Source: an uncultured virus (IMG/VR IMGVR_UViG_3300037840_000505) (lineage: Duplodnaviria; Heunggongvirae; Uroviricota; Caudoviricetes). From it: a stretch of 20,000 nucleotides of DNA. Under the pieces are notes generated by a model. That model saw only the letters and a program-made list of their open reading frames with translations. It was not told where the DNA came from and made no database searches. Position numbers and translations under genes: made by a program. Below are positions 13,982 through 20,000 of the stretch, in pieces. The DNA is taken from the IMG/VR virus record IMGVR_UViG_3300037840_000505; one strand, 5' to 3'. Positions within the stretch are counted from its first letter, which is position 1, and the number at the start of each line of letters is the position of its first letter.

Positions 13982-14547
13982 CAGCCGCGATCGGCGCGTG
14001 CTGAGGGGCTGCTGTGGGTGTTCTCGGCTCCGACCAGGGCGAGCGGTGCCACTGCGGGTGCGATCCCCTGCAGGCCGCCGAGCGCTGTGCCGATGATCAG
14101 CGCCGGGTTCGATGCGGCCGTGATCGACGAATTGACCGTACGCGCTTTGATGAAGCACTGCGATCCAAGGACATCGACGACGTTGTTGAACTGATCGGAG
14201 TCCGGGATCATCACCGACATGACTTCGGCGGCGGGAATGCCCCCGAGTTGCTGGCCCTGAAGGACCGCTTGGGTCTTCTGCAGCTCTTGCACGACCGTGA
14301 TGCCGCCGCCGGCGCATTGCGCGCCGCCCGTATCCGGCGGGGTGAACGAGAGCGCGACGTTCTGCGTCAAGGTGAGCTGCTGCACTCCGGTGTTGAGCAG
14401 CTGGTCGACGTAGTTCTCGATCGCGAGGCTGTCCGCCTGGCTGAGGGTCAGCGGCGGCGACGGCAGGGTTGTGGGCGTCGTGCCCGGCCCGGTCGGTGCG
14501 CACGCGGCCATGAGGAGAAGCGCCGCGACCGCAAGGATGCGTTTCAT
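13981..14547 (-). CDS. Lipoprotein
   Basis: MKRILAVAALLLMAAC signal/lipobox; AAAGGA RBS. Confidence 0.8.
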   Translation of the reverse strand: MKRILAVAALLLMAACAPTGPGTTPTTLPSPPLTLSQADSLAIENYVDQLLNTGVQQLTLTQNVALSFTPPDTGGAQCAGGGITVVQELQKTQAVLQGQQLGGIPAAEVMSVMIPDSDQFNNVVDVLGSQCFIKARTVNSSITAASNPALIIGTALGGLQGIAPAVAPLALVGAENTHSSPSARADRG

Positions 14548-14565
14548 GGGTTCAGTCCTTTCGGT

Positions 14566-14817
14566 TTAGCGGCTCGAAAAAGCCGCAAGATGTTGTTGAG
14601 CTTCGGCGATCGACTTGCCGTAATCGGCATCAGCCGCAGCGCGAGCCGCCTCGAGGCGGGTAACCTGATCGCGCCAGCGAGAGGCTTCGCAATTAGTCAT
14701 CGCGGCGGGTGTCGGCTCACCGCCGCACGCGCCATTCATAACGTAGCTGTAATCTGTTCTTCCGCCGCCACAGCCCGAAAGCGCCAGCAAGAATCCCATT
14801 GCGAGAATGCGTTTCAT
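14566..14817 (-). CDS. Lipoprotein
   Basis: MKRILAMGFLLALSGC lipobox; AAAGGA RBS. Confidence 0.75.
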   Translation of the reverse strand: MKRILAMGFLLALSGCGGGRTDYSYVMNGACGGEPTPAAMTNCEASRWRDQVTRLEAARAAADADYGKSIAEAQQHLAAFSSR

Positions 14818-14869
14818 GACCGATCCTTTCGGGTTGAGGTGCGTCAGGCAAACGGTGGATCATCGATGT

Positions 14870-15211
14870 TCAGGGTTTGGTGACGGGCGCGCTTGTCGCG
14901 AGCGCGGCGGAAGAGGCGGCGATCGTGTCGTCTTTCTTCGCGCTGCCCATCGAAGATCCGAAGAAAAAGCCCATGGCGCCGGCGGCGAGGTTCAGGAGGC
15001 CGGTCGCCAGCACGGGCTTCAATGTCGCGTCTCCGGTAAGAAAGGCGACTCCGGTCACGAAATCGAGCGAGAGCACGAGGACCAGACCGAGCCCCGGCAG
15101 CACCCACCACGGCATCCCCTGTCGCAGGTTGTCGTTGGCGGGGGCCGCTGCCGGCGGCTGGGTCTGCGGCACAGCCGGGCGCGGCGGGCTCGGGCTTTCA
15201 GCGATCGACAT
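14870..15211 (-). CDS. Putative holin (2 TM)
   Basis: Two hydrophobic helices followed by FFFGSSMGSAKKD, typical of phage holin-like proteins; downstream of the endolysin. Confidence 0.7.
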   Translation of the reverse strand: MSIAESPSPPRPAVPQTQPPAAAPANDNLRQGMPWWVLPGLGLVLVLSLDFVTGVAFLTGDATLKPVLATGLLNLAAGAMGFFFGSSMGSAKKDDTIAASSAALATSAPVTKP

Positions 15212-15316
15212 TGCAACTCCTTGTATATATCGGAACGGCGCAAAATACCACCGTCAGCGTGACGATCGCCGATTCTGGGATGACCATGCGGGCCGATATC
15301 GGAATTCCGATGACGC

Positions 15317-15433
15317 TCAAATCCAGCCCACGACCCTTGCGGTCCAGAACACCAGGAGGATGACGAGGATGCCGAGCGCGCAGATCGCGCTGGCGATCGT
15401 CGCGTCCTGCGGTATCGCGCGCCGGCGGGTCAA
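15317..15433 (-). CDS. Small membrane peptide (38 aa)
   Basis: Manual: TTG start, MTRRRAIPQDATIASAICALGILVILLVFWTARVVGWI*. Confidence 0.5.
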   Translation of the reverse strand: MTRRRAIPQDATIASAICALGILVILLVFWTARVVGWI

Positions 15434-15614
15434 CTCTTCTCGGGCCCAATCCAATCGGCCTTGAAAGGGCAATCGTCGCCGCAGGGCGAGGAGGATCGTA
15501 GGCAGTTGTAAATTTCATGCCACCGGTTTTTGGGCACCGGGGACCTTCCTCGTCGCGGATGCGGTCGCGCGCCGCGCGAATCGTGTCGTAATCGTCGGCC
15601 CAGCGCGTCGCCAT
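15430..15614 (-). CDS. Small Cys-rich protein apparently split by a -1 frameshift
   Basis: MATRWADDYDTIRAARDRIRDEEGPRCPK then, in the -1 frame, YNCLRSSSPCGDDCPFKADWIGPEKS*; that stop overlaps the next TTG start. Confidence 0.4.
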
Positions 15615-16249
15615 CACGCGGTCCACGCGTCGAGATCAGCTGGCGAATTGGCGTGCGGCGCGAAATCCGAATCGATGGAAATGCCGAGGTGCAGCCCGCG
15701 GACGTCGCCGACGTCCTGTTCCATGTCTTCCTTGCCTCCGGTCACATCGACCCGGGTCCCCCGCATCCCCATACCCCCCGCATCCCAGGCGAACTTGGCG
15801 ATCCCGGCCGATTTCAGTTCCTCGGTGAAGGCGCCGTTGCCGTAGGCGATCATCGGACAGACCGCGCCCGTGAGATCGTTGACCTTGGCGACGCAAACCG
15901 AGGCATAGGCCCGGCACGCCGGGTCTTGGCTCGCCTGTTCATCGAAATCGAAGGTCAGGATGTAGCTCGTGCCGGGCGGCTGCCCGCAGACCTTCATGTA
16001 GACAGCAATCCCTTCGCCGTCTTCGCTCCCGGCGCCCGCGCCCTGCAGCGCCCGTTCCGCGGTCGTCTCGAAAATCGGGATGATCCCGACCGCGACATAG
16101 GCAGCCTCGGCCGCGGCGAAAATCTGGTCGCGGTCCGCCGTCGAGAACAGTTTGTAATAGGGCAGGAAGATGCGCACGCCTTTCTTTATCGCCAGAGGGG
16201 CAATGGCGCCCAGATGCTGGTCGGCGTCGAAGGCTAAAAGGCCGGTCAC
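15614..16249 (-). CDS. Endolysin, DUF1906 (GH25-like) glycoside hydrolase
   Basis: IPIFETTAERALQGAGAGSEDG...GQPPGTSYILTFDFD...AYG; lysis-module context. Confidence 0.8.
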   Translation of the reverse strand: MTGLLAFDADQHLGAIAPLAIKKGVRIFLPYYKLFSTADRDQIFAAAEAAYVAVGIIPIFETTAERALQGAGAGSEDGEGIAVYMKVCGQPPGTSYILTFDFDEQASQDPACRAYASVCVAKVNDLTGAVCPMIAYGNGAFTEELKSAGIAKFAWDAGGMGMRGTRVDVTGGKEDMEQDVGDVRGLHLGISIDSDFAPHANSPADLDAWTA

Positions 16250-16473
16250 GGCTCGTCTCCTTGGTTGTTTTGGGGTTGGATCGCATCGCGCAGATCCTTG
16301 ACGGCGCGCTCGATTGCGTCGAGCTTCTGGTCGGTCTTGTCGAGGACCTTGGTCGCTGGCGGCGGGTTGGGGACCGGCGGCGACGATATCTCGATCGGCG
16401 CCGGGCGCGCGAGGAGTGCCGCGGCGCAGCCCGAGACCGCAAGCGTCAGCACGAGGCTAGCGGCGGCCCGCAT
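16246..16473 (-). CDS. Pro-rich lipoprotein (o-spanin candidate)
   Basis: MRAAASLVLTLAVSGC lipobox, Pro-rich linker, coiled coil; overlaps the upstream gene by 17 bp. Confidence 0.6.
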   Translation of the reverse strand: MRAAASLVLTLAVSGCAAALLARPAPIEISSPPVPNPPPATKVLDKTDQKLDAIERAVKDLRDAIQPQNNQGDEP

Positions 16474-16759
16474 CGGATTTCGCGACGGCGGCGCGCAAAT
16501 CGGATAATTGGTCATAGATCTTGTCCAGTACCGTTGCGATCCTGGTGTCCCGGGTGCGCTGGTCGTCGCGCTCGGTTATTGCGGTTTTCTCGTCCTGTTC
16601 GACCCGCTGCTGGAGCAGGCTTGCTTCGCTGTGGAGCGCGTTGATCTGCGCTTCCATGTTGGCGTAGCCCCATAACCCCCAGCCGGTGAGAGTGGCGCAG
16701 GCGATGATCGCCTGCATGATGTGACCCAGTTCGATCGTCGGCGAGAACCGCACCGCCAT
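16457..16759 (-). CDS. N-terminal TM plus coiled-coil protein (i-spanin or holin-like candidate)
   Basis: Single TM (IIACATLTGWGLWGY) followed by a heptad-rich helix. Confidence 0.7.
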   Translation of the reverse strand: MAVRFSPTIELGHIMQAIIACATLTGWGLWGYANMEAQINALHSEASLLQQRVEQDEKTAITERDDQRTRDTRIATVLDKIYDQLSDLRAAVAKSDAGRR

Positions 16760-16766
16760 GAAAAGA

Positions 16767-16931
16767 TTACCGTCCCGACAGGGTACGCTTCGCGGTGGGG
16801 GATTTCGCGGTATTGCGGGGCTGCGGGCGCTGCGGTCGGCCGGGCCGCAAGGGTGTCGCCTTCGCCTGGATCATCTGCGGCGCGGCGCGGGGCGCTGGAG
16901 AGGGCGCCGGGTTATCGGGCGAATCGGGCAT
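16767..16931 (-). CDS. Possible Pro/Arg-rich small protein
   Basis: ATG 16931 fills the gap within the operon; low complexity, weak RBS. Confidence 0.35.
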   Translation of the reverse strand: MPDSPDNPAPSPAPRAAPQMIQAKATPLRPGRPQRPQPRNTAKSPTAKRTLSGR

Positions 16932-16941
16932 CAGGGAGGCT

Positions 16942-17457
16942 TCACCCAGCGAGCGACAGAGCGGCCAGTGGCGCCTCGAATTCACGGCGCCTCGGGTAGC
17001 GTTTGGCCGCCCGGTCGTAGAGCACCACGTTGACGCTGGCTGCGAGGTTCATGCACCCACGCGTCGGCACCACGATGATGTTCCGGCAGCGATCGGTGAT
17101 CTGTTTGCCGAGCGTTCCGTCTTCCGGACCGAAAATATAAAACGCGCGCTCCGGGTGGTTGTATTCAGGGAGCGGAATGGCCCCTTCGATCAAATCCACC
17201 GCGACGGGAACGCAGCCGAATGGAATGACCGAGAACAGGTCATCCACATTGATGAGAGGAAAGTGACGATGGCCTTTCATGGTGTCCGTACTGGCCTCGC
17301 GATAGCGCCGACCCGTAGTGACAACCATCGCGGCATCGTAGACCCAAGCGGCACGGAGGACCGACCCGACATTGTTGTGGTCTTTGGGCTGGAACAGCCC
17401 GATGGCAGCATATCCGCGCCCGCGCGGCAGTTCGACGATCTTCCCCATCAAACGCAT
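16942..17457 (-). CDS. SpoU/TrmH-family (SPOUT) RNA methyltransferase
   Basis: PKDHNNVGSVLRAA (motif 1), YIFGPEDGTL (motif 2), VPTRGCMNLAASVNVVLYDR (motif 3). Confidence 0.92.
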   Translation of the reverse strand: MRLMGKIVELPRGRGYAAIGLFQPKDHNNVGSVLRAAWVYDAAMVVTTGRRYREASTDTMKGHRHFPLINVDDLFSVIPFGCVPVAVDLIEGAIPLPEYNHPERAFYIFGPEDGTLGKQITDRCRNIIVVPTRGCMNLAASVNVVLYDRAAKRYPRRREFEAPLAALSLAG

Positions 17458-17470
17458 CCCTTAGTCGGCA

Positions 17471-17668
17471 TCAGAGGAACTTCACCAGCTTTGCCTCGAG
17501 CTGCAGCTCGCCGAACTGATTGCGCGAGAACATGAGATTGACATCGATCTTGTGGCTGTTGGCTTCTCTCGCCAGGGCGAGAACAGGCTGCAGCCCCTCG
17601 GCGAACCGGCGCTTCAGATCGGTTACGACATCCGTTTCCGACACCAGCTTGGCGACGTTCTCGTTCAT
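17471..17668 (-). CDS. Hypothetical protein
   Basis: GGAG RBS; in operon. Confidence 0.7.
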   Translation of the reverse strand: MNENVAKLVSETDVVTDLKRRFAEGLQPVLALAREANSHKIDVNLMFSRNQFGELQLEAKLVKFL

Positions 17669-17698
17669 TCTCGCTCCGGGGCCGATAAGGGCGTGATT

Positions 17699-20000
17699 CT
17701 ACCGTGGCGCGAGCGCTCGATCAACCGCCTGCATCTGCTCGCGGCCGGCATGGGCGATCTGAATTTCGCTGTAGTAGATCGTGTCGATGAGCTGGCGCTT
17801 TTCGTCGGGGGCGATCCCCGGATCCTTCCAGATATCGCGGATCAGGTGCGAGTGCTCGGCCAAGGCCGAATGGATACCGTCCAACTGGACAAAGAGCCGC
17901 GGGCCGCCCGCGGCCTGGATGCGGTCGAGCGCTTCGAGGTCGCCTTCCTGGGCTTTGGCCTTCCAGGTATCGAAGAAGCGCTTGTTGCGTTCATAATCGT
18001 CATAGAAGCGCTGGATCGATTCGGCGCTTCCCGAGGGATAGCGCACGGCAAAGGCCTTGATGACCGGGATATCCGCGAGGGTGTCGGCAGGCCTGGGAGG
18101 ATCCGGAACGAGGCCCGCCTTGCGCAGACCCGCATCGGCGATATTGAGCGCGTAGACCCCGAGATTGCCGGTCCACGCCCGCAGGTAGTTCTCGAGGAGA
18201 ATGGGCGTCGTCAAGGCGCGCGCGACGCCGCCGGCCATCGGCGAATCCATGTCGAGGCTTTCCTGCCGCACCCGGGGAAAAGCCGCGATCAGTTGGCCCA
18301 GCTTCTTCGCCGTCTCGCTGGTATAGGGCGCGTACTGGTATTCCGGCAATTGGCCTTCGAGCTCGGCCGGGACCAGGGTCCTGTTGGTGAAGGCCGAGCG
18401 GTTGGCGAACTGGTCGATCACCGGCGAGATGGCGGAGGGGTAGAAATTGGGGACCACAGTATCGGCGATCGACTTGCCGAATTCCCGGAAGGCGTCGGGG
18501 TTCGAATTATTGTAGGCTTCCAAGGCTCGCTCGGTCCCGGACCCGAAGATGACGCCCATGCCCCAGGGTTTCGGCACGCGGAAAATATGGCCGCCGTCTC
18601 CGCCGTCCTCCTTCGCCTTCCCAGTCATGATGATCCAGAAGAGGTCTTTCTCCCATTGCGGGATTTCCTTGTACCGCGGATCGTCATGGTTGGCGGCCCA
18701 GAGCAGCGCCGAGGGCAGCATGATTCCCCCGGCGATCTTCAGGGTCGTGGGTATCGGGTTCTGGATGAACGCTCGCGCCACCCGGTCGGTGTCTTGCAGG
18801 GTGATATTGGCAAACGCGGTTATCATGTTGTAGGCGCGCATCTGCGCCCCGATTCGCGCGGCGTCGACCGCGACGTCACGCGAGGCAAACCCCGCCGCCT
18901 GGATCTCTGCCTTTGCTGTTTGTGCGCCCTCGGGCAATTCCGCTTCGCGCAGGGTCTTTTTGAAGGCGCCGAGATGCGACGCGTTCTCGGCAAGCTCGGT
19001 CACCATCCGCAAGGGGTTGAGGATGAACTTGTCCGCGGCATGAAAAGGCGCGGCGATCGCCGCTCCCATCTTTTGCCGATAGAGCGTCGCCGGGTCGGCG
19101 ATGACGTTCCACGCCCGCTCCAGGATCCCGGTCTCGCCGTTCAATTTTTCGAGGTTCTCCTGCAGATAGCGCCGGTCCATCGCCACCCGCGAGATGTTGG
19201 AGCCGCCCGATTTGAGCCAGTTCTGGAAATCCTCGTCCTTGGAGAGAAGACCGATAAACCCGCGCGCCATGTCGACCGGCGAGAAGACGCCTTTCCCGGT
19301 CATCGCGGCGTACATATAATCGCGGAAGGTGTGGCGCAGCTGGAAGTCCGGCGTCAGCACCGCCCCGGCCCTGAGCCACGAGGCCGGCTTTGCCAGGAGA
19401 CTTTCGATCGCCCCGACCGACTGGCGGTCCAAGGCCTTCATCGCCGAGGCGAGCTCGGGGTCGACCGCCCAGGTTTCCCTGACACCATCGCGGAAGACGC
19501 CGATCTCGCCTTCCCTGGGAGCCGCGCCCTGCGCCATGAAGTCGAAGAGTTCGTCAGAGAGACCCTGGGCGCGCAGCACTTCGCGGATCTGGTCGGCGAT
19601 GTCCTGCGGCAGGGCTTCGCCCGGTCTGATCGGCGCTTCGGCCTCGCGCGCGATCGGCCCGCGTTCCGGGAAGAGGTCGGGCTGACGCGGTTCGGGAGGC
19701 AGTACCGACCCGTCGACGTCGGTCACCGGCACATCGGCGAAGCGGGTCGCCGGGTTGGCGACGGCATCCCTCAGATGGGCTTCGCTCACATCGCCGATCG
19801 CGCCGTGCGCGTCGGAGGCTTCGCGCAGGATGTCGACGAGCTTTTGTCCGACCGCGTTCTTCTCCGCCATCGCGATGTAGGTATAGGTGTTGCGTACGAT
19901 CGATTCGATCGGGTCGATGATCTCGCGCTCCGATCCCTCGATGCGGTGTATCGGATTGGAGGCCTGGAGCGAGGCACCCATTCCCTGGCCGCGCTCGGCG
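17699..20000 (-). CDS. Large polyvalent / virion ejection protein, C-terminal LPD38 domain (N-terminus outside the window)
   Basis: Frame stays open to the window edge; DDPRYKEIPQWEKDLFWII...FRVPKPWGMGVIFGS..ER...PVIDQFANRSAFTNRTLVP...Y..YTSETAK signature. Confidence 0.85.
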   Translation of the reverse strand, partial: AERGQGMGASLQASNPIHRIEGSEREIIDPIESIVRNTYTYIAMAEKNAVGQKLVDILREASDAHGAIGDVSEAHLRDAVANPATRFADVPVTDVDGSVLPPEPRQPDLFPERGPIAREAEAPIRPGEALPQDIADQIREVLRAQGLSDELFDFMAQGAAPREGEIGVFRDGVRETWAVDPELASAMKALDRQSVGAIESLLAKPASWLRAGAVLTPDFQLRHTFRDYMYAAMTGKGVFSPVDMARGFIGLLSKDEDFQNWLKSGGSNISRVAMDRRYLQENLEKLNGETGILERAWNVIADPATLYRQKMGAAIAAPFHAADKFILNPLRMVTELAENASHLGAFKKTLREAELPEGAQTAKAEIQAAGFASRDVAVDAARIGAQMRAYNMITAFANITLQDTDRVARAFIQNPIPTTLKIAGGIMLPSALLWAANHDDPRYKEIPQWEKDLFWIIMTGKAKEDGGDGGHIFRVPKPWGMGVIFGSGTERALEAYNNSNPDAFREFGKSIADTVVPNFYPSAISPVIDQFANRSAFTNRTLVPAELEGQLPEYQYAPYTSETAKKLGQLIAAFPRVRQESLDMDSPMAGGVARALTTPILLENYLRAWTGNLGVYALNIADAGLRKAGLVPDPPRPADTLADIPVIKAFAVRYPSGSAESIQRFYDDYERNKRFFDTWKAKAQEGDLEALDRIQAAGGPRLFVQLDGIHSALAEHSHLIRDIWKDPGIAPDEKRQLIDTIYYSEIQIAHAGREQMQAVDRALAPR

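Larger units (their letters stand above)
1..20000. mobile_element. Tailed phage / prophage genome segment (replication, early genes, lysis, virion-associated LPD38 protein)
   Basis: Dense, translationally coupled small ORFs; Cro-like, O-like initiator, DUF968, DUF3310, endolysin, holin and LPD38 genes; no host housekeeping operon in the window. Confidence 0.93.

Noticed and set aside
12802..17535. Long + strand ORFs opposite the lysis and SpoU genes
   Set aside because: Arg/Gly-rich antisense shadows of well-supported minus-strand genes
1..20000. tRNA, rRNA, transposase, reverse transcriptase or integrase genes
   Set aside because: No cloverleaf or catalytic motifs recognised by eye; a tRNAscan/Infernal run would be needed to exclude them formally

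Overview
GC-rich fragment of a tailed phage or prophage, probably infecting an alphaproteobacterium (GcrA-like HTH, Cro-like gene). From left to right there are five blocks. (1) A lambda O-like replication initiator (<1..867, minus strand, absent from the ORF track) containing CGTCAC iterons, DnaA-box-like motifs and an AT-rich tract. (2) An oppositely oriented cassette (895..3178) with a strong sigma70 promoter holding a palindromic operator, three small ORFs, DUF932, an Rmf-like gene and a terminal XRE HTH gene. It is punctuated by four stem-loops with different stems but an invariant CTGCAA loop; this is an acr-aca-like layout and the best candidate for an undescribed system. (3) A leftward operon from a Cro-like gene (ParB-domain protein, DNA methyltransferase, ClpX-type Zn finger, DUF3310, GcrA-like). 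(4) A rightward operon with no CI gene (DUF968, HU, secreted HNH-like protein). (5) The end of the late operon: LPD38 large polyvalent protein, SpoU RNA methyltransferase and an extended lysis module (DUF1906 endolysin, holin, lipoproteins, class-3 lipase). Several genes are bracketed by 12-25 bp direct repeats of the stop/start junction. All family calls come from motif recognition by eye; no searches were run.
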